DNA from: Sphaerodactylus townsendi
Taxonomy: Eukaryota
Length of the DNA: 64,000 bases
Reading direction: 5' to 3'
Assembly (NCBI RefSeq): GCF_021028975.2
Contig: NC_059434.1
Coordinates: forward strand, 68,758,001 to 68,822,000
Part shown: piece by piece, positions 12,257-25,500 of the stretch
Numbering within the stretch: the stretch's first letter is position 1
How the letters are laid out: the number at the start of each line of letters is the position of its first letter
The notes under the pieces: model-generated
What the model was told of the DNA's origin: nothing
Databases searched by the model: none
What the model saw: the letters and a program-made list of their open reading frames with translations, nothing else
Position numbers and translations under genes: made by a program

Positions 12257-13157
12257 ATACCATCATTGGTGTGACACTGGTTTTCCCTTGAGCAATTGTA
12301 ACACACAGGTACCCACCCAGCCTCCCTTTCTCTCTCTTCTTCCACCTGCCTTCCTCTCTCCAGAGCCTGAATGATAGCAAATGCCCCTTATGGCCAGAAT
12401 TTTTTTGTTAATTACATACAAAGGAATTACACATAATATTCTATCTTCCATCATCGTAACCTATCATTCTCTGAAGCACAACTGTTTCACTAGAGAAGTG
12501 AAAGGATATGATGAAAAGCTCAATGTGTCAGGTGGTTTATATACTAGACTCTTTTATCCCTGTGATTCAAAATTATGGCAAAATGGCAGTTTTTGTGGCT
12601 GGAATCCACCTCATGCTCAAGCCTTTTCATCCCATTTCAAACACTGCGTCAACAACCGGCCTTGGCAGCCTTGTAAATTGGTCCCATGTTGTACTATCAA
12701 TAAAGTTACTGAGTACACATGACAACAATATGAGAGCATGAGGCCCATAACATCTCACAAAACAAATGTTTATTACCACAAAAATCACATATATCTAGGC
12801 ATAGAAACTGTGCCTCCTGTTCGATGTAATTATTCCCTCACTAGCTGGGAAAAGAGGACACCATGAACATGGAAGCATCTTCTGGTCGCTGTAATTATTT
12901 TCTCCTGAAAATGCATTGTGAAAGTGCAGTTTTTAAGAAGAAGCGCATGCAAAATAAAAATAATTTCGATTATAGATTGCGTGGTAAGTAAATAAGCCGC
13001 GTTTACTCCAGTCACAGACAACTATTATGTGGTATAAATAAATTCTATTGCTCAAACAACTGTTTAAAACTCTAAGGCAATTCTGAAATCTGTCATAATA
13101 CCAACATCTGGGACATTTCTTTGTCTTGAATGGAGATGCGGCTAGCTTGTTCTAGAA

Positions 13158-13285
13158 CAGGGGTAGGGAACCTGCGGCTCTCCAGATGTTCAGGAACTAC
13201 AATTCCCACCAGCCCCTACCAGCATGGCCAATTGGCCATGCTGACGAGCTGATGGGGTGTAGTTCCTGAGCTGGAAACCACAGGT
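13158..13285. mobile_element. hAT-type MITE (CAGGGGTAGGGAACC...ACTACAATTCCC family) in the presumptive 3'UTR of the SLR gene
   Basis: Similar to 47142-47279 and to the TIR of 27101-28710. Confidence 0.7.
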
Positions 13286-13436
13286 CTGTTCTAGGCTCCT
13301 CAAATCACACCAATTAACATGGAGCACAAGACAGAAATGGTGGTTTCAAGTTACAACAATGTAGTAGTGAAAAAAACAGGAAAATGTATTTGGAGAGAAG
13401 GAACTTATCCTCTTGTTCTTAAGCAGTGCCAGTTTC

Positions 13437-13530
13437 TCAGGCTTGATTTCTGTTCCTGATGTTCTCTAGGAGATTCTGGGCCTCATGGAGTCCATGACCA
13501 GCAGCTACACTGAGAAGTTTTTCCACTTCC
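13437..13530 (-). CDS. SLR gene last coding exon (EVEKLLSVAAGHGLHEAQNLLENIRNRNQA*)
   Basis: gccttctag acceptor; TGA at 13439-13437; degenerate second Sel1 repeat with capping helix. Confidence 0.88.
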
Positions 13531-16500
13531 CTAGAAGGCAAGCCATGGTTAATACAGCATGGTCTACATATAAGGTGATACTGAGGTGGCAGGATGAGGT
13601 GATGCTGAGGAATGAGGTGATACTGAGGTGGTAAATAGACTGTGCTACTTTAGATTATAGGCGAGGGATTATATTTTTAAAAAATCATCATAATAATTTA
13701 TTCTAATTTTTATGCCAGTTCTCCAAACTGTTCACAATTATCCTTTTCAAACTCAGCCCCTTTCAAAAGTAGATTCCTGCTCTGAAACAACTCATGGCAG
13801 TTTATATGCTGTGAAGCATGTCATTAAAAAAATATACTTTGTGGATACATACATATAATAAACCCAATAATGGCTATTAGTCATTATAATTAAACCAAAC
13901 CTCCATGTTCAGAGGCAGTGTCTCTCTGAATACCAGTATTGGACACAATAATGGTAGCTATTGGCTTCTGTGTCTTGTTTATAGGCCTTACATGGCCACC
14001 GTGTAGAACAGGATGCTAAATTTGATGGACTGTTACTCTGATACAGCATGATTGCTCTTCTGATCTTATCCTCGCAACAACTCTTGAAAATGGCTTGAAA
14101 TCAGTCATTGAGTGCCACAGTTTAGCAAGAAGTGGGATCTATCATACCTATCTCATCTAACTCAAGACATTACATTATACTGGATCTCAACTCTCATATC
14201 CCCAGAGAAGCTCTTGCTATTTTCCTATTAAGTTTCAGTTTCCCTATAACTACCGTGTTTTCCCGAAAATAAGACAGTGTCTTATATTAATTTTTGCTCC
14301 CAAAGATGTGCTATGTCTTATTTTCAGAGGATGTCTTATTTTTCCGCTCCACAGCTGCATGCTCTGGTGTTCTGTTCGACAGGCATGCTTCCAAACAAAA
14401 ACTTTGCTACGTCTTACTTTTGGGGGATGTTTTATATTTAGCACTTCAGCAAAACCTCTACTACGTCTTATTCCCAGGGGATGTCTTATATTCGGGGAAA
14501 CAGGGTAGCATGGGTTTAGTTCCCTGTACAGTATTCTAAGGGAGGGAATTTTAGTCAGCTCCTGTCCCTTTAAGAAATTTCCCTAGAGGCAGTCTTCCTT
14601 AATTACCCAGCAACGCCTCTGTTTAGCTTAGTCAGTTTAAGGTGCCTAGGGAGTTGGAAGGCTGCAATATCTTTAACACCTATGGTGCATAGACTAAAGT
14701 GTATATAATCTAGAGAATGCAAAGTTAAGGTGTCGACAGAAAATAGAATCCAGACAAAAGACTGAAAGAACCAGGAGGAAGTATAGACAAGTGGACTTTC
14801 TTGAAAGGAGTCAAGAATAAAAGTCTACAGCTTCAAGTTTGTTCACCAATCAAGCAAGTTAGATCCTGGGAGGAGTTAGGATCTCATATCTTCTAAGCAA
14901 TAAACCTTGCTTTTGAACTGTTACACCTTGCTTGTGGGTCTCCCATCCTGTTACAGCCAAGAACAGGGCACCTTCATATTGTTTTACTTGGGGAACAGAA
15001 CATCAACTGCTGAGAGAAGAACTTCCACAGCAATCGAAACAACACAACTTACCCTTCTCCAAGATCCATCGTCATATTCTTCAGTTTTCCAACAGCCAAG
15101 TTAAAAGAGGAGTGAGGGTGGCCCTTCTCTGCCGCTTGACTGTGAGAGAAGAAAGGAAAAAATGCCAAATGAGCTCAATAGACAGAAGATGTAATCCATG
15201 CTCACACAGCCTATTACCTACCATGTCAAATGAAGTAACCATCCAAACAGAAAACACTTGGATGGTCACAATCTGTGACTGGTGGGATGCATTTGGCTTT
15301 GAAGTTTCTAAGATATATTGGTTTGATGTAAATAAACACAGATGCACACTGGAATACTGTTGGACTAAAACATTTGCTTTTCTCCTCACAGATATGACAC
15401 AGGTATAGTGACCAAGTAGGGATGCCAGATCCATAGCCACACACACCCCCGGGAGCTGTTTGGGGATGAGGCCTGGCACTTTGGCCATTTCTGCATGGGC
15501 CAAAAAAAGCTGGTAAAACGACAGTTAAAACAGCGTTATGGGTAGGGTGTTCGCACGGCTGCCACTGCAGAAACGACGCAACGATGCAGCAACGCTCCAG
15601 CGGCCCCACAATGGTGTATTCGAAAATCGCTCAACAAGTGAGCCTTTTCAACAATGGCGCTCCACAGCTGGTGTCGTGCAAAGTGCCCTCCAGGAATCAG
15701 TGCTGCAAAGCCCGTCCCCAACAATGGTGGTCCACACTGGTCAATCCTGGCACCAAACACCCATGACATCTACCCTGGGAAAAAAAGAACATAATTTGCA
15801 AAGCACAGCTGTGCGAAGGTCCGCAGTTCAACCAATGCACGACTTGTCCACGGAGTGCCCGCACATGTGAACACTCCGTTACGTTGCTGCAGTGTTGCCA
15901 ATAACACCGATGACACAATGCTGTAATTGGCTGTGCAGAAACGGCCTTTGACATCTCAATCCTTCACTATGCTCTAGGAATTTCTAAAACTCTATGATAA
16001 ATATCTTAACGATCTGGTCTGCTCCCAAAGCAGTGTGGGGGAACAACATCACTTCCAGGTCTTTACTACCACACACCATTCATGATGGGCAGAGGTTCTC
16101 TCACCAGTTGCAACCCTCTATCCTCGGTCATTAAGGAATGAGTACAGCCATTGTAAGAATGTCCCAGGGATTCCTTTAGTAAGTTCTATAGAAGGGCAAG
16201 GAGGAAAGGTGGTATGGTATAGCTTGATCTCATCAGATCTAAAAAGCTATGCATTGTCAGTACTTGGAAGAGAGACCTCCAAGGAAGGCAACAACAAATC
16301 ACCTGTCTCTAACTTGCCTTGAAAGCCCCTTGCTGAGGTCATCATAAGTCATCTGTGACTTGATGGCACTTTTCACACATGCACACACAGAAGGGCATGA
16401 AACAAAATCACAGGTAAAATTAATATTGCCCCTGCCTTACCTGAACCATTGCATAGCTTTTTCTTCATTCTTTTGCACCCCAGCTCCTGGTAATGAGACA

Positions 16501-19500
16501 AAGACTCATCAGTAAAGTTACTAACTATTTCTGACCTCTGCTTCTGTGCATAATAAAAGCTAGAACCATACCATGTCCCTTTAAGGGGTGGGGAGAGACT
16601 ACAAAGCAACAAATTCCACCCATCAACCCTGGGGCACCACTCAGGGATGCAGAGGCAGAGAGAAGAAGGGGCAGTATATTTCAAGGCATTTCCCTGATAA
16701 GGACTAGGAACTCAGCCAGGAGAGCATACACACCCTAGATTTCATGTTAGCTAACCAGTTACAGAGGGGCAGTAGAGGGAGAGAGGGTGCCATTTACCCC
16801 TCCCCTCTCAAGCTTGAGTCCTGTCAAGACCCCCACAAGAAGGGTCTGGAGAGTATGTTGATCTCCCCCACCCCCAATCCTGACAACATGACAAACTCTT
16901 ATTCACACTCCCCCAGAGGCATAGCAAGAGGGAAAAGAACCCAGTGCACTGGTGCGTCCTCCGCCCCCCCCCCCCGGAATGCCCCCCCCTGGAATGCCCT
17001 CGCCACACCCCCACAGGGGGCACGCCCGGTGCATCATGCCCTCCCCCGCGCCCTTGGAACTATGCCTCTGCACTCCCCAAATTCCAGCTTTTGAGGAACC
17101 TATGTAAACAGGAAGGCAGTTTACAATTGATCCCTGTCCAGATTTGTGCATATAGCATAGAAATTTGCACTAGCCTCACAAATTCATAACCTCACCGATA
17201 GCAGTTACACAAAAGTAGATGCTACAGTCATACACAACTGGATTGCTCCAAAGGCACTGAAAGCAACCAAGGGCAAGAAGATATTAGCTTACTTAGATTA
17301 GTCCTACCTGTTAAATATCTCTGTCCCACAATATGCTGGGCGTTGGGATATCCTAGGTGAGCATACATATGAGCCACATGGAAATGGAAGTTTTCGTAAC
17401 ATAGCAAGATGTAGAGCAGGAGAAAGACAGTGCCAAAAATAGTCAGCAACTGAAAGCAGAAAAACAAGAGTGGATATATCCCCGGCAGCAGCCTTCAGTC
17501 TTTGCAGAGGGACCCACATTTTAACTTTAATCTTTTCATTTTTGCATACATCCCACGTTTTCTTTGTTCTTCCATTCTCAATCCCAAAACTTTTAGTTTT
17601 TTGGGTCTTTTTTTCCTTTTCTTAAAAATGCAATGAAAAAAAGAGAATAGTAGAGGTGCCACTAATGTGAAATATCAAAGATGGATCCATGAGCCAGCTG
17701 TGGGTTCTGATCCAGGAACTGATGGCCAATAAAGATTGATCTACACTAGAAATGTGTATACATTAAATAGATTGTTTGCTGTGGCTTTCTCCAAGCAATG
17801 CTGGCACCTATAGTTTGCTGAAGTGCTAAGAGTTCTGTTAAAGATAATTTTCCTTTCCCTTCTCTCGGAATTAGATTTCTCGTGAGTCTTTGGAGAAAAC
17901 GAGCATTAACTTATCTGCAGTGTAGCAATGCTCTTAGAGTAGTGTAGAAGCCTGTCTCCCTCCTTTAGCTATCCTGCTGGCTTTTTCATATCCCACTGTT
18001 AGTAATGCCATTTTTCATTGGCTGAAACAGTTATCTAAGTCTTGGCAGTTTTCATTCGATATGTGCTTGTTAGTTCCTTGGAACTGAACATTTGAATTGA
18101 GAAATATGTCCTTATGCATGATTCGGATAACTTGCCAGCAGACTGTAGAGTTTAAGCAGAGTGAAAGGGGCTATTTCAGTCTCATGCAGTTTTGTATACA
18201 CATCTGTATCCAGGCCCACTATGCTACTGGATATCTCTTTTGAAGACGAAGAAGAGTTTAGATTATAACCCAGTTTCTCAACTATAGCAGCTTACAAACT
18301 CCTTTAGTCTCCCCACAACAGACCTGTTGTGAGGTAGGTGAGGCTGGGAAAGTTCTGAGAGAACTGTGGCAAGTTCAATGTCACCCAGCAGGCTTTATGA
18401 GTCGGAGCGGGGAAACATATCCAGTTCTCCAGATTAGAGTCCACTACACCACGCTTAACCACTACACCACACTTTTGATGCATATGGAAATATGTATCTC
18501 CATCCAAAACCATTAGTCCACAGTTCTGCAATTTTTTGCAGTTAAAGAGCTAAACTTCATCAAAATTCAGAGAATGAGACCAACAAAGAGTCATATAATA
18601 AGCCCATTTGCGCAACTGAAAATATACAGTTTAACACTACTGATAATTGGCAAGTTGGTTAATAATCCAAATTGTTTTCACAGTCCAAACATCACTTGTT
18701 GCAAGTCCTTTAATACAAGGCCTCCCAGTGAGTAAAAAAATGTATACAAGAGCATTCTATAGTAATTGTTTTAGAGTGCTGCTAGCATGAACCTATACAT
18801 TATTCACATTTGGATTACTGCAAATTTTCACTTTTCCTTTCTGTAATGGATAAAATGCCTTTTAGTCACATAAAGCCAGCGTGGTGCAGTGGTTAAGAGC
18901 AAGTGGATTCTAATCTGGAGAACTGGGTTTGATTCCTCACTCCTCCACCTGAGTGGCAGAGGCTTATCTGGTGAACCAGATGTGTTTCCACATGCCTACA
19001 TTCCTGCTGGGTGACCTTTGGCTTGTCACAGTTCTTTGGAACTCTCTCAGCCCCATCTACCTCACAAGGTGTCTGTTGTGGGGAGAAGAAGGTAAAGGAG
19101 TTTGTAAACCCCTTTGAGTCTCCTTACAGGAGAGAAGGTGGGATATAAATCCAAAATCTTCTTCTTCTAAAAATCTTTGCTTGCCATTCCCTTCACACAC
19201 TGATTATTCTAACATCCCTCCTACCCCTCCAATACAGTGTAAAGATTTGATATGGTTTCAAAGTAAGGAGAGTTGGATTTATATTCCCCCTTTCTCTCCT
19301 ATAGGAGACTCAGAGGGATTTACAAACTCCTTTCCCTTCCCCCCTCACAACAAACACTCTGTGAGGTAGGTGGGGCTGAGAGAGCTCAGAAGAACTGTGA
19401 CTAGCCCAACATCACCCAGCTGGCGTGTGTTGGAGTATACAGGCTAATCTGAATTCCCCAGATAAGCCTCCACAGCTCAGGCGGCAGAGCAGGGAATCAA

Positions 19501-22500
19501 ACCCGGTTCTTCCAGATTAGAGTACACCTGCTCTTAACCACTATGCCACTGCTGCTCCACATTTGGCTCTAGAGTCGTAGGTTGCAGACTCCTGCATTAG
19601 TCAATGAACACAGTTAGAGTTACTCTTTTCAGTTCATCATAAGTGAGCCACAACTTCTGCTACAGATTGGTATAGAACTCTGGTTATCATGGAGATCTGG
19701 TTTTAGAAAACAGTTTTCTAATATCCTTGGATCATGGAACAATAGGTGGATGCACACCTCTTTCCTGGACTGGGGAATTGCAATCTGTTTTTCTCTGTTT
19801 GATAAATAGACAGTCTAGACACCTTTTGCATAGGTCACACGGTGGGCCATCTTATCAGCCAACCTGCAGGCAGTGGCTGACAATTTATGCAAAGCAAACA
19901 ATATCAAACAGAAGGAATCTCTCTCTTCTACAATGGGCTCAAACATTCATCAAACAACCTCATAATCGATAAAGCCCTCCTGAGCCTTTTAACCTTGACA
20001 AATGGAGCTTTTATCCTACTACACATGGTTGTTGTTTTCAGAGGCAAGTCATTAGGGAGGAAAACGGATTACTCTGTTCCAAGCAATAGGTGCCATCTTC
20101 AACAATGCTTCAGAAAGTACTCTTGAAATGCTTTGTTATATGATGATTGGTTGCCCTCCTGATGTTGATTTTCCTCCTAAATTTCTTCGATACTTTTAAA
20201 TAAATCTGATTTGGGATGAGACATGCAGTTCACATGCAACTATCGTGTTTTTATTATTATTTTGCCATGAAGTCACATCCTGGGTTGGGGGAAGGTGGAC
20301 AGGGGATGGGATGGAATGTCACCCACCAAAGGACGAGGGTAGAGGGTTCATTGTCACAACATTCCATTGCTTAGGCAGTTATAGATTAGGACAGTTCAAT
20401 GCAATTGATAAGATGAGATGTCTAATAAACAGTGGCCCTTTATGCATGCAGTGCTTACCCTGTAGCCATCCTCTTCACAGTGAGTTTTTCCTGCATTTTT
20501 TGGTTTAAACAGGATTCTCCTGCTGCAAAACGTCCTTAGTCACACATTCTTTTTATGCAACCTCCAGCTGGGAAGGTTGCTCTCTGCTGCATTTGTGTGT
20601 GTGTGTCCTGACATCCTGGGTCTAGAGTTATTTTGCTAGACCATGTAAATTTCATGTAGATTTCACTGGTCTGTTGCTCCAGCAGTAGACCAGCAGTATT
20701 AAAGTATTTTTAATAAGCTGAATTGCTGCCCTGAAGAAGGTGAGGAACAGCTGTTGGGTGGGCAGGGGACAGAAGTGTAGCTGGGCCATACTGTGCCTGG
20801 CCCACTCTGTGTTTTCCGCCACCTACACACTTACCTTAGTTCAGCCTGAAAGTGCAGGCTAGAAAAAGCAGCCTGTTCACTTGAGACTGAAAATGGCCTG
20901 GTGGGAACTACATTTCCCAGGAGATCTTGGGGTTCGCAAGGTCTCCTGGGAAGTGTAGTTCCCACCTGGCAGGCCTGGAAACTCGAAGTGAACGAGGTTC
21001 TGAAACCTTGGCTCAACAGAATGTGAGTGGAGGAGGGGGCACCGTGGGGGGGGCAGGAGGGGATGCGCACCCCCATTCCCGGTAGCTCCACCTCTGGCAA
21101 GGAAAGGAGGGGAGGAGCAAGGAAACCCAATGTAAGCCAAACACATGCTGTCTCCATTTGCTTTCTCTGTGAAGTGAGAGGAAAAGTCACGCTTTCAGAG
21201 GTTTCAGAAACCAGGAGATTTTCTGATCTTAGGCTCATTCCGCACATGCAGAATAAGGCACTTTCAAACTGCTTTCAGTGCTCTTTGAAGCTGTCCGGAA
21301 TAGCAAAATCCACTTGCAAACAGTTGTGAAAGTGGTTTGAAAACGCATTATTTTGCGTGTGCGGAAGGGACCTTATGCATGGTGAGTTTGGGAGATGGGA
21401 AAACTTGTGTGATACAAAGAGTCCAACCCAAAGGGAATGTATGTTCAATGAGACGTAGACCACAGGTGCATAAATGGTCAAAGTAACAATACTGGGGAAA
21501 GCATGTGTCACTTCCGGCGTGACATCTTTTTTGGCTGAGCTTTATAATCTTGCGGGGTCTATTGCAGTGGCTGAGCAAGACAGGTCTGCGGCAGCAGTAA
21601 TGGCATTCAAGTCCTGCTTGTGGAGGCCAGCTCTTCCTTGCCAGATGTTTTGGGCAGTCACACAGCATGAGTGTCCCATGCACAGTGACCAAGTCTAATA
21701 GCAGCTGTGCCAAGGTCTCTTTCGGGGTTGCCTGAAAGTGAGGACCTCAAGTACGCTAACCTATGCCTTACTCTGCCGTCTTTCTTGCACTGGTGAATAG
21801 GGCATCTTTCAACACCAGGGACAATGGAACAGTCCATTTGCCTCATGATCTTGTGTGCCCAGTTTGGCTTGGTGGTTACAGGGCAGCTATTTCCTTGTGT
21901 GCCCAGTTGGCTTGGTGGCTACAGGGCAGCTCTGCAGTGCCTGAGGTACATATTCACCCTGCCTCTTCTTTCTCCTTTATTTATGGACAAAATATACATT
22001 TTGTCTTATCCTTGGGAGCATCCCTCTCTTGGCAGTATTCAAATGATGCCAGCCTGTTTCACACGTGACTGCTTTTCCTCGCTGAGCTTTTGAGAAGCTG
22101 ATAGGAATGCCTTCTGTGAATATGCAGTCGAATGTTCTGTAGTGGGTGTCCTGGTNNNNNNNNNNNNNNNNNNNNNNNNNNNNNNNNNNNNNNNNNNNNN
22201 NNNNNNNNNNNNNNNNNNNNNNNNNNNNNNNNNNNNNNNNNNNNNNNNNNNNNNNNNNNNNNNNNNNNNNNNNNNNNNNNNNNNNNNNNNNNNNNNNNNN
22301 NNNNNNNNNNNNNNNNNNNNNNNNNNNNNNNNNNNNNNNNNNNNNNNNNNNNNNNNNNNNNNNNNNNNNNNNNNNNNNNNNNNNNNNNNNNNNNNNNNNN
22401 NNNNNNNNNNNNNNNNNNNNNNNNNNNNNNNNNNNNNTAGTAGGATATTGGGTTAATATAACAGAGTTTGCCCAGTCTTGAAAGCATGATATTGAATGCA

Positions 22501-25500
22501 ACAAATCAGTCCTCCCAAGAAGTATATTGCAAAATGTAAAGCTTACGTTTATTTAAGTTCCAGTTGAATGATAGAAACCTAATTTAAAGGGTAGAATTGG
22601 TGAGTGCAATATGGGATATACCTGTAGAAATAGATATATACCTACAGAACATATGTGAAGAAACATCTGTCTCCATTGCCATCCATGTAGGAAGAGAGAA
22701 AGAACAATGGGTACTGAGAGAGAAAGAGGAAAGGTCAGAGGACAGCTCCCACGTAAAGAGGAAGGGTCAGAGGACAGCTCCCACGTAAAGAGAGGGGCAT
22801 CCCTTTCAACACTTATACACACCTGGAGTGATTTAGCACCCCCACCCCGACCACCACCATGTCCAGGCAAGCTGAATGTCTCGCTCCAATATAACCTCCC
22901 TTGTACTTGAACTCTTGGCTATTTTCTGCCAAATATGCTGTAGAAGCATCTGGCTTGAGTGGCCATGCTTCCTTCCCTGAAAGCAGGCATATCAAAAGGC
23001 ATGACTGCATGAAGGAATTTAAACTCCTATCTGCAAAGCTTCCTGGAGAATGATAGTAATGGTGCTCCTGGGCACAGCATATAATAAAGGGAAACTGGGT
23101 TACCTTTGTTCCTTCCTATGCTTGGGGACAGGGTGACATCCGGCAAGCAAATACTACTGTACCAGTAAATATTCAAGGTTTAGGATTGAGCTGCCAATCA
23201 CAAAGTATTGACCTCAAACGCACAAAGACACCAGAAGCATACTGTTTATGGACTGCAATGAATTAACTAGGGTGCTGACTGACTGGGAAATATGGCTTCT
23301 CGTTGCTCTTGTGTTTTCAGAAACACATTGATCTACAGAAAGCAGGTAAAGTTTTCTACAGCCTGAATGTAAACATTGTTCCTTGCTAATGTTAAGTTGC
23401 AATTAAAGGCGCCGATAGAGCGGGCTGATGAAAAGATGAGAAGCTGGCCACCTGAGTTCAGTCAACATGTTTCAAAACAAAATGCTAAGAATTGTAACAA
23501 AGGTATGCCAGTTACTGTGCTGCCATGGATATTTTAATACTCTGCTGCTTCAGTGCTCCATGCCAATGTGTTAGATGCCTTGCGGGCAAATAGAGGATCT
23601 ATCAACACGACAGAAAGCAAACAAACACCCCCAATTCCCAGCTCTAGCAACTCACCTCCCATTTACTCCACTCAGAAGGAGGTTTCTTGCCCCTCTGGGA
23701 TATATTTGTCTCCCAGATCTTAGCAGGAGGACATGCTTGGCTCCTTCCCATTTGTTTCCGTTGTACCATGACCAGTTTCGTGTCCCTCCTTGTTCTCTTC
23801 AGCAAGCTTTTTATTCCTGTGAAGCACACCCGCTTTATTCTCTTCCTCTAACTCCCATTCACATTTTATCCAATCCCCAAGCGTTTCTTTTGTTTGCAGT
23901 CCCTGACATTTTTTTCTGTCTCTGATTTATAGGCAGCGAGAAGCAGCTCTGCTGTGCATGGTAGCACAGAGCAAAGACCGTGCTTTTCCTCTGGTTAGTT
24001 TCATCACTTTTTTTTTTTGGCACGGCTTCGGTGGTTGAATTGCTTGATAGACATAATTTCAATGGGGCACAGTGTTGCGTAGAAGTGATGGGGGAAACCC
24101 AGCAGCTCTGGCAAAAAGACGCGAGAGAAGGAGCAACTCTGTTTTCCAATCCAGCTTAGCATCCATTTAATCATTTTAACATTGAACCTATGGCTAAGTT
24201 AGTAAACTATATTACATCGAACCAAAATAACTATTAGTTGGCAGGGAAGAGCAAAGAAAAGAGATGCAACAGGAGCAGCAGTGGCGTAGGAGGTTAAGAG
24301 CTCGTGTATCTAATCTGGACGAACCGGGTTTGATTCCCTGCTCTGCCGCCTGAGCTGTGGAGGCTTATCTGGGGAATTCAGATTAGCCTGTACACTCCCA
24401 CACGCCAGCTGGGTGACCTTGGGCTAGTCACAGCTTCTCGGAGCTCTCTCAGCCCCACCTACCTCACAGGGTGTTTGTTGTGAGGGGGGAAGGGCAAGGA
24501 GATTGTAAGCCCCTTTGAGTCTCCTGCAGGAGAGAAAGGGGGGATATAAATCCAAACTCTTCTTCTTCTCTTCTATATAGTTACAGCTTTATGCTGAACG
24601 ATCCAAAATCAAGATTTTAGATCAAAGTTGCTTCCATACAAAGCTCTTCCCCTGTATTCCCACCCACCCAATTGCAGCACTTCTGAATGGGGCTCCTGCA
24701 CAACATTTTCCCCACATCCAAATTTTAAGCTTTCCTCACCAGGATTGCAGACTTCAAAAACCACATTTGTGAAAGATCTTACCCAAAAGTGTGGGTGGGA
24801 ATGTGTGGATTTCAGTGCCTCTCTGCTCACCTCTGGCACCAAGACGCCACCATTTCCTCTTGTGCCTCTTATTCCCTCCCTGTTTCCTAACATTAAAGCT
24901 CTATTTCTACTACCTTTTTAAAAAAGCTAACAGCCCAGAGGAGGTGAGAGATACAGAAATGATGGGCATGAGGGAAACAATGGCCCTTTCCACACAACCG
25001 AAATAAAACATTTTGAGGCAACTAATAAAATGTTTTCCCCTAACAATTCTTTTTCTGAAAACTTTTTGAAATGTTTTCACTTGCTGTGCATAAGTCCTGA
25101 AGACATTTCCCACGCCTCCCATACTTTTTCCTGAGCACCATTTTCTGAGCTCACGCCAGCCATCTCATGCTGTCAGGTGTTTTTTTTAATTGGGGGTGGT
25201 CATGACTGTAGCTCCGAAGACATGACCCCTAGAGAATTGGAGCATGAGGCTTTGAACCTTCATAGCACTGGATCCACAGATCTTTAAAAAAAAAAAACAA
25301 CCCTGGCATAATCACAAAATGGTAGCCAGGAATTGTTTTGGGGGAATGAGTGGAACAAACTGGGGAGGGAGGGGGGATTGAAAATGTTTTGCAAACACTT
25401 TCAACACATTTTGCAAGCATTTTCAATGACTTGTGCAGAAATGGTCCGTGTGTTCATTTTACAAGCTTCCTACTTGGGATCTTTTAGCAGTTAAGAAAAA

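Noticed and set aside
13437-17449. Bacterial contamination or recent horizontal transfer of an EsiB/Hcp-like Sel1 gene
   Set aside because: The Sel1 repeat is split by spliceosomal introns containing host TEs, so this is a native nuclear gene. Its deeper origin needs phylogeny.
21977-22504. ORFs made of X residues
   Set aside because: Artefacts of the N gap.
24272-24350. tRNA gene
   Set aside because: It is the tRNA-derived head of a Squam3 SINE that has many copies in this window.
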